Below, one piece after another: positions 38,983-54,206 of a DNA stretch of 64,000 bases. Within the stretch, counting starts at the first letter, position 1. The number at the start of each line of letters is the position of its first letter. The stretch spans positions 13,330,001 through 13,394,000 of the forward strand of contig CM022671.1 in NCBI GenBank assembly GCA_012295275.1, written 5' to 3'. The position numbers were made by a program, and so were the translations under genes. This stretch comes from Chrysomallon squamiferum (taxonomy: Eukaryota; Animalia; Mollusca). The notes under the pieces are model-generated. The model did no database searches. It had not been told where the DNA came from and saw only the letters and a program-made list of their open reading frames with translations.

Positions 38983-40727
38983 CTATAAATAAAATGAATA
39001 CTACAGGTAGGCATTACAAAATCCGGCAACCTCCGGACCTGAGGACTGCCGGAATTTCAAAAATGCCGGATTTCTTTTATGGTTATATATGCTGTTTATA
39101 TTTAACAGAATATTACCAAATAAATGATAAAATGAGAAGGAATGAGCAGGAATGGCTGTTAGCAGATGCAAGCAAGACCCAACAGTTAATTCTAGAGTAC
39201 AGCGCCATCAAAACATAAGCGGCGCTTCCAGAAAACAGTGGCGCGCCAATACGGTAAATTTGAAAATGCACTCCGAAATCCATGCCGGAAATCTTTGCGT
39301 AAGCAAAGAGCGGTCTTCAAAAATTCCGGTCTGTTGGTCTATTTGAAATTTGTTTTTAAAGAAACTTTTTGACGACATAGTACACATTTCTTGCTGCAAC
39401 CACTCTTCCGATTGATGAAGAAGTTTATCAATTTTTGATGAAAAAATCTTTCTGAAAACGTCAGCAAAATGATCGATCCTTGAAAAAGTCTTGGGTGAGT
39501 CAAACAATCAAGATATATTCGCAGTATAGATATGCTTATTAACTACTATTGTGCTTAATTACAAGAAATATTATCGTTGCGAGCGATGATTCCGTGGTTG
39601 CGAAATATTGCAGATGTAACGCCCGCGCTTCGGAGGATCGAAAATGATAAGTCAGTTCAGGTCATGTGACGTCAACGGCGCTTTCCGACTGGCTCCGACC
39701 GGTGTTGACAAACATACACCAGTACGGTAAATTAGTTCGTTTAATTAATTAATTAATTAATTAAAATTCATGTGTTTTAGCAACTTGTTTAAAAATACAG
39801 TACTGGTTTAGAACTCATAAAATGCTTCATTTTTGGTATATAATATATGTATTGTGGATTGAAACTATATGAGATATTCAGTGTTTATATTGCAAGCGGT
39901 GGAAAAAAACTACCCGCAAATTTTATTTCTATAAAAATTCGTAACGTTTTTCGTATTAATGCTATCAAAGAGATCTTTATATCAATTTAAGGGTAATTTT
40001 TGGCTCATTCTAATGATGCAAAATGTTTTAGAAAATTAATAATTTTGAAACTTTGGCACATACCTAATATCAGGGTCAGTATTTTAAAATAAAAAATATT
40101 TGTAATGTGGTTGCGCGCGCGAAACAGGTTCTGGGGAAAAAACAGATTTTGTTCAAGATATAAAAAAATTAATAATAATAATAACAATAATTAAAATATA
40201 ATATTAACAAATATTTTAGATTTTTATCAAGGTATGTACCTTTACTATTACACAAGTGCATTTATATTTAGCAAACCTGAACTGACGATTTTGTTGCTTC
40301 GTTCTATGGTATTATTTAGAAGGTATAACGTTGATTCCATATTAAATTCTGGTGACGTTCTTTGGTTTTCAGGTTGTACCAATAATATACTATTTTTACT
40401 TAATTTATGTTCACAGCATATCGATATAAAGCACGAAAATTAAATCGAAAATAAAACGGATAACAATATAATGTGACAAACTCATTGACAAAATTGACAA
40501 TTGACAATTTGAGAATATAATGTGACGTCATATAAACAGCACGTCATTCTTTTTTCCCTTGATTTGTTCGTTCGGTTTAAATTTCTTTGCGAACTAGAAG
40601 AGATTTCAGAAAAGATCTTGGAAGAAGAGTAATAGATCTCTGGATCGAGAATAGACATATTCCCACTTCATAACTTAAATTCTCACTGAATATTATCTCT
40701 AGGGTCCTCATAACAATTCACGTTTCA

Positions 40728-40765
<38 letters not shown>

Positions 40766-40996
40766 CCCGACAAATGGAAGCTAATAAAGTACAGATTAGC
40801 AAGCATAGTTACTTGATCTGTGACATTTAGGGGCTAGGCATTTATCCCGTGTGTTTTTTTTGCACCATGCTACCCTAAATATAATGAAGGTTAGGTTCAG
40901 TGTAACTGAGGTGACTAATATGTGTGTTACACCGCAACAAGAACAAGAATTACTGCTATTACTACTGACGCTACTGATACTAGTAATAGTATATGT

Positions 40997-41537
40997 CAGT
41001 GATTCCCAACCTTTTCATCAATGCGGAGCCCTATAACATTTTTTAATATCCTGCGGTGCCCCCCCACACACACACACACACACACAACACTCACCCACAC
41101 TGCTCTATTCGCAACTGACCCGTGTGCTTCTAACAACCACGTGCGTCTTAATGCAAGGGGTTGGCAGAACGTCATCAGTGACGTCACGAATATTTTTGCT
41201 TCTGCGCAATACTAATGATTTACCTGAAAAGGAAAATAGACTTGTTTTTTTTTTTATATTAGAAACTATTTACACTTTAACTAATTAAATAGTTATTTAT
41301 TTATACAAATTACTATTTAAATTAGGCATGATATCCATACTGTCCATGTGCATTGTACATAGTAATCACTGTAATGTTATTATAGATGTATTCGTTTGTT
41401 CTGTCTATTTCATTCTGTCCGTCTAACTGCCCCCAGTTTCTTCTTTTTTATTTATTAGTTATGTCATCTCTCGCGGAGCCCTTGACGATGCACCGCGGAA
41501 CACAAAGGCTCCGAGGAGCCCCGGTTGGGAAACACTG
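40997..41537. mobile_element. Non-autonomous hAT (Charlie-like) MITE, 541 bp
   Basis: TIRs CAGTGATTCCCAACC / GGTTGGGAAACACTG (14/15 match), subterminal CGGAGCCC motifs, and a perfect 8-bp TSD GTATATGT at 40989-40996 and 41538-41545. Confidence 0.92.
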
Positions 41538-42615
41538 GTATATGTTATGATTAAAAATATCTGTATATGTATTTTTATTGTTATTATAAATTTAATAATC
41601 TGTTTATATAAATACTGAATCATAAAAGATCAGTAAAAACGTGAAACAGATAATGGTAAAAGCTGATCCATCAATGGTTGTTTTTGGTTTTGGTTTTTTT
41701 AATGATAATTTATCAGTGTCAAGTAGGAAATTACGTTTATCATTAAAAATGTGCTTAGTTCACATAAAATTACTTTGAACAATTGTGCTTGCATGTAGAG
41801 ACTAGTTTTCTTCATCACATAATTATTATCACAATAATAAAATGTTCACCAGGCACTTAAAAACTTTATTAGACAAAATGTTAATTCAAACGTATAATAA
41901 TAAAATAAAAATAGCAATAATAATGTCACTCAAAAAAGGAACATATTGATGACGATAATGATATGGTGGTTATGATAATAATAATATTTTAATAAATAAA
42001 TTATAAAACTAAACCAAAAAACTATGAAGTAAATTTTACAAATTGTGTATGTGTGTGTATGCGCGTTGCAGGAAATATGCGTTATTAGGAAATACGCATA
42101 ACTCCCGAAATTGGCAATGCAGTGGTTGCAAACAGATCATCTTCTGACAGCAATTGATGGAAAATTTCATGAGTTAGGCTAGAAAATGACAAACACCGGA
42201 ATTCAACAAATGGATGCCTAGGTTTTCCTTTTGACAATCACCAGTTTTGGCCGTGTTATTTTCAGTTCAGTATATAATATGTCCACAAACGAAAAAGTCT
42301 TTAATAATATTTATTTAATAATATTTATTTATTTATTTTTTATTCATTCATTCATTCAGTTTTAGGGAGTATTTATCAACTGCTTTTTTTTTTCTTCTTC
42401 TTCTTCTTTTGTTACTTTTTGTTATTTAGTTTTCTTAAAAATAAAGTTTGTAGATTGTTTATTTCTTACCCGTTATTTTTCTCTGTTTATGTGTATGTGT
42501 ATGCATGTTTCTGTCTTCATTCATATACATATGCATGGATGTATGTGTACATATTGACAGCATTTTCTTTTGAAAATAGGGTATATGTATAATTCAGTTA
42601 TTGCATAATACTTTA

Positions 42616-43597
42616 TCAAGATGTTTTTCCGTTGGTTGACAATGGTGGTTGCTGTGGAGGATATAATACAGGCGTTGCTGATCTTATTTCTTGAGAACCT
42701 TGGATAGGTGATACATCGGATGACAAAGAGTTGGTGGATGCGTCTTCAGAGAAAGGAGGTGGGGCTGTAGCTGGCAGTGGGGTTGTATTAAGTGGTATAT
42801 TAGGAGCCGCAGGAGGAGCGGGGTAGGGTTGAGGCATGGCGACCACTGGAGGTGGATGTAACCCTCGGTTCATTGTAGACGAGTTGTATGTGGCGGCTCC
42901 TGGAGGAGGGTCCATTGAACTTGCATGACCATATGGAGGAGGCAGATCGTTGGACAAGTATGGCGGAGGCTGCTGTGGTTGTTGATAACCCAGATACAAA
43001 GGATATTGTATTTTTTGTCCACCTGGATAGAAAGAGAACATAATGGTATAAAATCTTAAAAATGTTAATTTTTCAGTTTTGATTTATATCATTTGTTTTA
43101 TTTATTTCTCTCAATGAAATAGTATCGTCTTCTATTAGCTTTCTGTATGTTTCTGTATGTTTGCCTTTGTCTCTCATCCTCTATTCCGTGTCTCTCTTTT
43201 TCTCTGTTTTAGCACATATTGGGACTAATCACTTTAGTAGATTAAAATAATAAACAGTGTTCAAGTTTTACTAAATCTGAATATTCGATAGTTAGAAAAA
43301 CTTAAGAAACAGGCTTTGAAATATCTAAGATGTCGTTTATGTTATCGTGTAAATGACAAATAATTATTACTTTAAATATTTATTGTGGATATATTTGTAC
43401 TGAAGTAATTTTCATAAATACACGTAGAGCAAGAAACTTTGGTTATAAATATTATAACGATACATGCTAAAATAAAAAATAAAAGAAGAAAAAAAAGAAA
43501 TTAAATATTAAAAAAAAAAGAAGAAGAAGAAAGAAAACGAAATTGAAAAACAAAATTGAATTTAGGAAAAATTAAACAATGAAATATCAGGATGCAA

Positions 43598-43635
<38 letters not shown>

Positions 43636-44731
43636 AATATTAACCTGTGTACGCAACAGTGACGTTTTCTTGATGCTGTCGCGTAACTGGGCCAACAACT
43701 CTACCGCGGTATCCCTGTTTCTTAATACACATGCAGACGACAACAACGATGATGGAGATCCCAGCAAGGCATGCAAAAACTATCCCGGATATCAAACCAC
43801 CACTAAAAAAATACACGATATCCATTTTTATATCGCGAAAATACACAATTTAAAATGGGACCTTTGTAGATAAGAAACTGTAAATATTTTCTGTATATTT
43901 CCAATTTACATTTTATTTTGTGAATTGTAATTAATAATGAAGCATAGTATCAAAAAAGTACAGCTTAAAAATTAGTATCTTGAAATGTGGCCGAAAAAAA
44001 ATAAAAATAAAATAATAATAAAGATAAAATAAAATAAAGGTATCTGTTCACAAAATAGACCAGATAAAAAATCACATTTCTTAATAGTATTGTTTTATTA
44101 TGAGCGATGATAGGTCGCCAAAAATAGTAATAAAATAATTTGAAAATAGAATTGTTTTTAGACCATTTATTTCTACAACCACTTGTACTCTTTAAAACAA
44201 GACAACATTACACATCCAAGAACTGCCCTATGTATTGTTGTACAGTAAATTAACATTGTTGATCCTTATAATGCCTTACGATGTTGTTTGCTTCTTGCTG
44301 ACAAATGTTATAAAATATTTATTTACATTAAGAAGACAGTTGTTACCAATTAAATTTTTTTTATATATATATATATATAAGGCAGATTAACGATAATTAA
44401 TGTTATTAATTAATTAATTAAACAAATATAATGTTAGCAAAATGCTTTAAAATGTATTATGTTATAAAAATGTATTTTGGAACCAAACACTTTTAAAGGA
44501 AAATCTGAACCCAACATTAGACGGACTTCCTATCACTCACAAAGTTTCATTCGCTAACTGAAATACCAGATAATTTTCTATGATAGCAGTACATACCCCA
44601 TACAACAGTATCTGTTATAGTACGAGCCACAGCAGCCTGTACTGCAGTATATGAATTTGGTGTACGTGTAGAAATAACTGTACGCTCTTCTTGAGCAAAG
44701 GTAACCATCAGCTCCTGTAAGTTAATATTAG

Positions 44732-44809
<78 letters not shown>

Positions 44810-45619
44810 TTGTTGTTGTTGTTTTTCTTCTTATTATTATTGTTATTATTATTATTAGTATTAGTATTAGTACTAGTACTAGTATTAGTATTATTAGTAT
44901 TATTAGTATTATTATTATAAGGTATTATAAACAAACCGAATATAATTATTATGTTTATATCTGCTTGAGCTCACAGGCTGACATAGGTCTGTTGGTATTA
45001 TATGTTATTGGACATAGGAACAACCCTCCTCAGCGCTTCCACTGATTATTTTCCCAATACAGCCTGTGTTTCACAAACTATGGCTGTACTGTAATAAATC
45101 AACCATGAGGACAGCCTGTAGTCAGCCTATCGGAAACAGTACAAGAATAACAAACGTAAAATAAACAAACAAATATATTGTACTGATAATAATATAGATT
45201 GTTTTATCACTGTGCAGTCGTTTTACTGAAATATAGAACAGCTGCCTTTAAAACAAACTGTTTATTTAAACAATAAAACAAATAGCAACATACAAACACA
45301 CAAATTATTTATTTATGTTTTCACCTTTGTGAACATATTGCCGTGAGAATTTAAAAACAGCTCTATCACAAGAACACAAAGCCACTGCATTTGTATAATT
45401 ATGAAGGGCTTAACATGTTACATACGAAACATTTAAAACTTGTTTGAAATTAGAAAATAGAAAGATGACTAGTGTGCTTTCATCTCCATTCCCACCGGTT
45501 AATGTCTTGACACATTTTTAAACAATTCGTTATAAGAACCTTCAGTAAAAATAGTAAGAAATATAATACAAAAAACAACTACAAAAAACAACAACAAAAA
45601 AAAAAAAAAAACAAAAACA

Positions 45620-45678
<59 letters not shown>

Positions 45679-45816
45679 CGAAATAATGACATGGAAACAT
45701 TTATATAAGGATCAGCTTCAAAACAAAACTTACAAAATAATAATAATAATAATAATAATAACTCAAATTTAATTTTTTTTAAAGACGAAATGCCCCATCC
45801 TAAAAAAGAAACACCC

Positions 45817-45851
<35 letters not shown>

Positions 45852-46273
45852 AGTAAACAAACAAACAAAAAAGAAATAAAGAAATATTGATAATATTAAT
45901 TACAGTAACACAACTCTAAAACAAAAACGAAACATGTTTTATCAAATACAAGACATTTTTCTTCCCTGTTTCAATTTTGTTATGATTCATGACTATTTAA
46001 CGTATGAATAAAGTCTGATATTGTGTTTATACATTGTACATTTTCTCTCTTTCTATGTGTGAGTGTATATGTGTTTATTTATGCGGGTGTTTGTATATTC
46101 AAACGCTTAAATTATATATAAAGTGTTTTACATACAAATATATATTGTAAATGAAGAATGTAAAATCAGATATAAAACATTTCAGTTTGAAATCAGTATA
46201 AACGTTTCAATTATATAAACGTACCTAATACAAAGGAAAACAGCAAGAAAGCACGATTCAAGAAACTCGCCAT
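42616..46273 (-). CDS. Shisa-like/CYYR1-like single-pass protein, paralogue A (243 aa)
   Basis: Exons 46273-46225 (signal MASFLNRAFLLFSFVL), 44714-44597 (LCSRRAYSYFYTYTKFIYCSTGCCGSYYNRYCC), 43802-43645 (TM LISGIVFACLAGISIIVVVVCMC-IKK) and 43022-42616 (Pro-rich, two PPPY). GT-AG, phases 1-2-1, 732 nt. Confidence 0.9.
44731..44920. repeat. Compound (AAT)n/(TTG)n/(TAT)n microsatellite, representative of many in the window
   Basis: Read directly. Other tracts: (ATT)n ~3911-3968, (TG)n ~37239-37278, (AAT)n ~52985-53046, (AAAT)n/(AAT)n ~54060-54210, and (GA)n ~56234-56298, 56864-56960 and 57777-57854. Confidence 0.95.
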
Positions 46274-47021
46274 TTTGTTTGTGTTAATTTATGGTGAAAC
46301 TCAAACGGGTAGTCTACGGAAGAAATACGCCAAAAAATCCACTGTAGACAACAACGGGTTTGTTTACTGTCACCTTGGTGAGCTTATCAGTAAATCGATT
46401 AGAATGTTTTTCCAGTATAGCCTGACACCTTTTTAAAGCTGTGTGTAACCTAATTAAGCTGCTTTGGTGAGGTGAAAGGATATTAATTTTCATACATTTT
46501 GTAGGGTATGAAAAACCTATGAGATTCCTGAAGTAATAACTAGAACATACAATGAAACAAACCCCCTTGTTGTTAGTCCGAATTGTTATGTAACGTGGTT
46601 ATTTGAATGGGTACAGATGTATGGGTCTGCGTACATGTTTATTTGCATGTATATTTATATGTGTTTGTGTGGATGTGTATGTGTGTGTGTGTATGTGTAT
46701 GCCAATATATATCATTTTCTATTTTATTATAAAATCAGATATATGAAATCTACACTGTAACTTCGGAAATCTCGGCCCATTGTTATTGGATGCATAGAAA
46801 TACTACTGTTTATATTAGTTACAAATACTAGGAACATAAATAAAACAAATAAAAGGTGGGAAAATTAATCATTTTTTTTATATCTTTTATTTGTATCACA
46901 TTTATAATACACTAAAACCTTTATAAATGAATGAATGTGCCTCCATGAGGTTTGTACATATTTAGTTACGTGACTGACATTCTTGTTTTACGTGTTTATT
47001 TTAGGCCATTTCTGTCAGTTC

Positions 47022-47092
<71 letters not shown>

Positions 47093-47097
<5 letters not shown>

Positions 47098-47611
47098 ATA
47101 ATTACGACTTTTTGTTTCTTGAATTAACATTAAACACCTATTACAATACTGTCTTGATACATTTACTAGGGAGTTCAGTCAAAATTTCAAGCAGGCCGTC
47201 AAAAGAAACAATTAGCATTTTGAATGTTGTAAATTGGATAAGCAGTTTGTGAGCTACATCAAATCAAAGATGCTAAAATGCTTGATTTTTTTGAAACAGT
47301 GAGCCAGTAATTACCTTACATCTTGAAACAAAGGTGGCACCAAAAATATCAAATTTTTGCTGTTCTTGTACATTTATGTTTCTAGATTCAACAGTTTTTA
47401 CCCAGTTGTTGTCACATTTTGTATACTATTAAAACAGAGACTACGAAAGGTAACTATCAACATTATATTATCCAATATAATGACCTAGACCTTATGTGCA
47501 TATAATATAGACACGCATGCACCCATCTCTCAACATAGAAAGTGAAAATAATGTATTGCTCCCGTAACATTTGAAAACAAATTTATATATACTTGATCCC
47601 CTCTTGATAAA
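47093..47611 (+). repeat. Copy 1 of a ~520-bp interspersed duplicate next to (GA)n
   Basis: Colinear with 63473-63991; about 7 substitutions and no indels by eye. Preceded by (GA)n at 47025-47092. Confidence 0.92.
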
Positions 47612-49180
47612 GATAAATAATTATCTATTGTACAGGGTATAAAGTATACTAAATATTATATTTGTTTTTAATAATAAAATGTGCAACAATTTAAAACCAA
47701 CAGACGAATGAACTGTTAGTCCATACAAGTACAATGGAACTAACAACCCAACACCCCTAACAAATATGGAAAAAACAATTGCTCGCCATTTTGAAAGAGA
47801 GCAGCGGAGCGTTCCAGTAGAGTATTGAAGGGGGTTAATATTTTTATAAATTACGCTAAAATTTTATTAAATATCAAAACATTATTCATACATTAAATAA
47901 ATAGCATTAAACAAAATTAAATTTTGCATCTATAAACCGTTAGTGATTACATAATGGCAATTAATCGCCTTCTGAATTATAGAAGCTATTTTCACTACTG
48001 ACGAAAAATCCATTTTAATATTTGCTCGGTATATCGGTTGTAAAACTGTGCAAGTAGTTCTTCAACCCTACATTATTTTGATCTAGAACTAATATATACT
48101 TGTTCAGAAGATATTTATTTACATAACAGGAATAGTTATATCAATTTAATTACATTTAATTCCAGGAAAATTTCATTTTTTCTTCTTTCTTCAAGCGATT
48201 ACCGGTTAAAAATAACTTTGACGTTGTTTTCACTATGATCACGTAATGCAGACAGGCATTGCGTTCAAAATGAATGCTCATTAGTTTAATTGTATGTACG
48301 GGCTGAAAGCATTGTTAGATTTATAATTAAACAGAACCAGTAATATTATAATTATACAGTTGAAAATTCCATGTTATTGCTCAGGTACATGTCTGTACAC
48401 AGAACTGTTCCTTAGTTTCAAAATTACCAAGAACAAAAGTAACAACAACAAAAAATAAAATTCTATTAAACAAACAGGCAAAAGCTAAATATATATACAT
48501 ATAGTTAATAAACATAATATAAATACGAGAGCTAAGTTCAGCATCTTTAAAACTCGGATTTTTTTCGATAACTTTTGTCTTTTCGTTATGAAGTTGAGCT
48601 ACGCATATTGATGACGTCAAAGATCATATTAGCCTTAATTTTGTATGGACGATATTTCAAATTTATTTTCAGTGAACTTAAATTATTAACACATTGTTTA
48701 TATTAAGATATCAATTAATACAGGTAAGGCAGGTTTAAAACTGAAGATATTCTCCTTTTCAATTACTAATTTGTAAGAAATTCCACTAACAAAATAAACT
48801 GATATATGATCTCATTTTGCTTTTAAATATACAGTAAATTAGCGTAAGATTTTGATTTGTGAACTGGGCATTTCTGAAAAGATTGGTATAGAGCGCCCAT
48901 AGCGGGCATTAGCTTTGCTATTTATATGTTGTTATTTAATTATTTGGCTTTTTCAGCGTATACATAGGAGTGTTAAATAATTTAATTATTTATGAATATA
49001 CATGTCATAAATACACATAGTGACATCATCAGCATCTGTTAATCACAAAAAAGAATAATAATTATAAAAAAAAAGAGTATATTTTAATCTTAGATCAGTA
49101 TCATTCATGTTTATATGTTGGTTAGAAGAATTAAAATAAAATACATTTTTATTTCTTCCTTTAATTTTAATTACGTAAAT

Positions 49181-49217
<37 letters not shown>

Positions 49218-49240
49218 GTAGATGATTCTTTCGACTAAAG

Positions 49241-50148
49241 ATGGTGATTCTGGCACTTCGTATACTTTCTGTAATATTAGTTCTTACAGGTATGTCATTA
49301 AAAAAAGGGAAAAAGAAATAATAATAAGAAGAAGAAGAAGAAGAAGAAAAATCACTATATATATATTTACATACACTTGTGTGTGTTTGTATGTAAATAT
49401 ACACACACAAACAGATAATAGGAATAAACACATTCAGTCTTCAGTTTATTTATTTATTCATTCATTTAATTCATCAATATTTATAGTTTCAGGAGCGGAA
49501 ACTTTAACGTGTACTAAAAGTGAATTACGTAACGGCTATTACCAGACAACATACATCAACTGTGATACTGCTTGCTGCGGCTCCAGAACATTTCGCTATT
49601 GCTGCCCGAATGATCCAGGGTATAGTATATGTTTTTTTAATTTTCTTCTTGTTGTCGTCCTCATCATCGTCGATCATATATTGTTATCAATATTTTTATT
49701 GTTCTTATTATCATTATTATATATATTATTATTATTATTATTATTATTATTCAAAGACTAGGCAAAATTATTGGCTCTATGTTTGGAACTCTGGTTGGAA
49801 TATGTGTTATCGGAGGCATTGTTTGGATGCTGGTGAGGAAGAAGTCACGCGACCCTGGCACCGTAACAGTGACGTCCTTAGACGTGTCACCAAGTCAGTG
49901 TCTCCGTTAAGTTAACCTTTTTTATTTGTTTATTTTCATTCTCTTTTTTTTTTTTAATATTATTTTTTTATTTCTTTGCAATTTTGCTACTAAAATCAAC
50001 ACAACCTTTACAATACAACAGTTGCTACTTCTGCTGTTACTACTATGATTAATCTATTCCTACTGCTATCATTATTATTATAACAAAACAAGAAAAACAA
50101 CAGCAGCAGCAGTAACAACAACAACAACTGCTACTATACTACTACTAC

Positions 50149-50203
<55 letters not shown>

Positions 50204-50340
50204 ACCAACAGGGTTGGTATAGTGTGATTTTACTTTCAGGTAGTTTTGTACGAAAGCATTATCACCCTAAAAGGTTTCAACCTGTACCGACAGCGGAACC
50301 GAACACTACAATACACCATCCTAATTATATTGATTTGTGA
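49241..50340 (+). CDS. Shisa-like/CYYR1-like single-pass protein, paralogue B (~141 aa, short tail)
   Basis: Exons 49241-49289 (MVILALRILSVILVLT), 49493(or 49487)-49619 (TCTKSELRNGYYQTTYINCDTACCGSRTFRYCC), 49757-49905 (TM IIGSMFGTLVGICVIGGIVWMLV-RKK) and 50240-50340 (..HHPNYIDL*). Phases 1-2-1; AATAAA near 50423; possible 5'UTR donor at 48723. Confidence 0.82.
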
Positions 50341-51741
50341 TCAAAAACGACAAAGCATTAATCATTTACTTTTAGCTGTTGGTATCTCAAAAAGGAAGAC
50401 CAAGATATGTATAAAAGTCTATAATAAATTAAATTGTTCAGTTATTTATTTATGAACAACAACAATAATAAATAAATAATAAAAATGTGGAACAAACTGT
50501 TTTATTTGTTCCAGCCTTTGATAATTATGTCAAGACAGTTATTTTATTTCCATGACATCGCTTCGTACATAGAATTGAAAAAATAAAATAAAATAACACA
50601 ACATAAAATAAATAATTACCAGAACATGAAAAGTTTCCTACAAACTTACGATCAGCTGGTAAACAATACAAAGATCAAAAATCAGGTGTGTGAGTGCGTG
50701 TGTGCGTGCGTCCAGGCATTTATATGCGTGCGCACCCGTACCTACATATGTATGTGAACGTATGTATGTATGTACTCTCATAACACTGACAGTTGTAAAA
50801 CTCGTGGAAACCAGATGGGACTAATTTTCCATGTGAAATCCACTTTGTGCTAATGTAGGAATCCGACCTTTTCAAACTATATTGGCGCCCCCTTTTTTCA
50901 CATCTTTCATTTGACATCTTTCATTTCAAAAACAAGCTATTTTTTTTTTACCAGTTAATTATTTAACAACAACAACAATAATGATAATAATTAATTAATT
51001 ATTTAATTAATTAAAAACATGACTGCCGAAGATGAATGAAAGCAACCTGTAATGGATAAAGATTTCTTCCAAAGAGCAAAGACATGCCTGACAGTGCAAG
51101 TATTATGGGTGGTTTTCTTTTTGTGCTACATGTTATTAAATGACTAAAAGATGCTTATAGGCATTTGTTAAGTATTGACAAGTGGAAATAGAATGCTTTC
51201 ATTTAAATCGTTTAAACTACTTAGATGGATAAGTTTTCATGAATAAATCAGTTGTTTATGAAAATGTCATTAGATGATTTGAAGGATTTATGTTAATTTA
51301 TTAAATTTGTTATTTGACATTTGTACGATAAAGTAGGACTTTTTTCTTTCCAGTTTTATGCTTACTGCCGTACCATTTGAAGAAATGTGGCGTACATTAT
51401 TGGCCACAAATGTTATTTCAGCCATAAAAACACTTTATTCATTCCATGACTGAACTTTGATCAAACATTCCAGATAATTGATTGGGTGGGTCTCTTAACA
51501 ACATAACGATCATTTAATTACAACAATTTTTAATAAAACCGTAAAAAGTTCCGTTTCCTTCTTTCGGTTGTTATTATAGATTTTATGGTGTGATAACGTT
51601 TTTAAAGTGCAATTCAAGTAAAAAAATCACAACAAAACAATTAAAACCTTTTTTTGAAAATTAAGATATTCGGTCACGAGCCATTCAAAAGTTGTACAAG
51701 CGTTGCTGTTAATGGCCCGCTTCGACAGTCAAAAAAACCCA

Positions 51742-51809
<68 letters not shown>

Positions 51810-52046
51810 ATCCAAGTGCGTTCCCTGCTATTCACAGTAAATATTTTTAGAGCTATTGATACTGTTATTATAAACTGAGATATTTTTATATCATTGATCT
51901 TAGGTTACATTTTTTTTTTGTTGGTTGATTTCCTCCAGATGTCATTTAGATCCAATATCTCCTGTAAAGAAACATGATGCATACACGGAAACCTCGTAGA
52001 TTTATGAACAATAAATACATCGATACTTATAATATTATTGAAAATA

Positions 52047-52659
52047 CAATGGTACCTTGAGTTGCGAGTTTAATTCGTTCCGCGACCGAGCTCGTAACTC
52101 CATTTACTCGCATATCAAATCAATTTTAACAGCTGAAATTAATTGAAATACGATTAATCCGTTCCAGCCACCCAAAATCACCCCTTTTCTTTGTAACCTG
52201 TTTTTAAATAAGAAAAATATATTTATAACTAACAAATATAGTATAAAAACAAAATAAAAGAGAATGGAAATAAATAAACTGGTTTTGTAAAGTGTATTTA
52301 CCTTGGAGATCAGACAAATTATTTTAACGCCTTTGGCTGGATTTAGAGCCTCTATCGACTCCTTCTGCTTCAGTATGGTGCACATACTATGTTCGTACTG
52401 CCTAGCCAAGTCGACTACATACAGATCTCGCTTATGTTTTTCTACGATTTCATCCGCTTCTTCTTCTCAGCATTGTCCTTTGCACTCACTTTCTTACGAT
52501 CCATGGTCAGAAAAAAGAAATTTGGCAAAATACTGCTCAAAACGCCAACACAACACAACAGAAATGCTTACACGGCCAGGGAACCACGTGAAGAAAATGA
52601 GTAAGACGCGGGATGCTGGCTGGATGTTGTGTTGTTCGTTGTAAGTGGAGGTACCACTG
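52047..52659 (-). mobile_element. Internally deleted Tigger/pogo DNA transposon
   Basis: Termini TA|CAATGGTACCTT.. and ..GAGGTACCACTG (CAGTGGTACCTC-type TIR). The minus strand retains a frameshifted CENP-B/psq-HTH N-terminus: MDRKKVSAKDNAEKKKRM/EIVEKHKRDLYVVDLARQYEHSMCTILKQKESIEALNPAKGVKII. Confidence 0.85.
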
Positions 52660-52983
52660 CATGTGGAAATCTCGTGGATTTCATATGTTTATGAACAATA
52701 AAAAAAAATAAGTATATAGTATGGAGATAGGTATGTCAGAATGAAACCCTGACGACAGCCCTCTTTTGACCGATTTTTTCTGGCTTACTCCCATCACAAA
52801 TCACCGACTCATCATCTCCGAACCTGTTTGAATTTACCTGAATTATAGTGTAACGGTCAACTGATTAACACGTGACAACTTTGCTGTGTCGACTCAGTTT
52901 ACTCCAAGACTGGACATAGCAGACTGCCTGTGTTCCACAAATTAATGGCGTGTGCATGTTGCCAAAAAAACAACAACAACAGG

Positions 52984-53050
<67 letters not shown>

Positions 53051-53914
53051 GACCGCCACACGTTCCCGCACAGATTTGTGTTAAAAAGTAAAAAAAAAAA
53101 AAAAAATAATAATAATAATCGTGACAATAACTGATCAATAATAAAAATTTTGGTACCATTTTATTGGTGTGTGAGAAAAAAACTGAAGTTATTCTGATTT
53201 TATTCTTATTCATATCACTTATATGAGCTATGAAAAAAAAAAAAAGAATAAAAAAAAAAAAAGGACCTTTAAAATGGTAAGAAGATTGGTAAATTATATT
53301 AAAAGGTACGATTTTTTATTTGATCAAAAAAAATTCGCTCTCGACAGATTTTGATGATATTATTTAAGTACCTGAAATGGTCTGGAAATTTTTAAAACGA
53401 ACGAATAACAACACTGGAACACGGGAAAGTACTATTTTGTTAGCATGGGCCAAAGATTTAAAAAAACAACAACATTCAAATAGGAAACCCGTTGTTTGCA
53501 TACGTAATATTACACGTTTTAGATGATAAATGTTTTTTGTTTTAAGGAAAAAAAAGTAAAAAATTAATTTTTAACCAATTGTTTTTATACGGCCGGTTGA
53601 TGGACCATTTAAAAGAAATTAAAATGTTCTGTCCAAAAGCTGGTAAGAAGCACTATAATGAATGTATCAGGGCAATAATTCAAATAACACGTGATTTATT
53701 TGGTTTTTATAAGTAAATATGATCTCTAATACATTGAAAAATAAAAATAGTAAATTATAATGGCTTCAAGTATTGTTTTACAACTACGTACTCAGAACTG
53801 TCCGCTATGGAGTTTTGGCAGAGTAACGCGTTTACATCATGGTACCTAATGAGAATAGCCATCTTCATATTCACGCGTCAGTCTTTGTGAAAATTATTTT
53901 ATTTTTGTTTTTGT

Positions 53915-53950
<36 letters not shown>

Positions 53951-54063
53951 GCGATATCATAATAATATTTGAAAATAATATAGTTCGAAACGTGAACGAA
54001 GTGAAATGACGTAAAAGTTACAAAAAAAATAATAAAAAAAATTAAAAAAATTAATAAAATTAA

Positions 54064-54128
<65 letters not shown>

Positions 54129-54135
54129 AAATAAA

Positions 54136-54206
<71 letters not shown>

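Noticed and set aside
44541-44557. 17-nt AG/GT-bounded micro-exon in paralogue A
   Set aside because: The upstream intron would be only 39 nt and inclusion creates an immediate TAG; the gene is complete without it.
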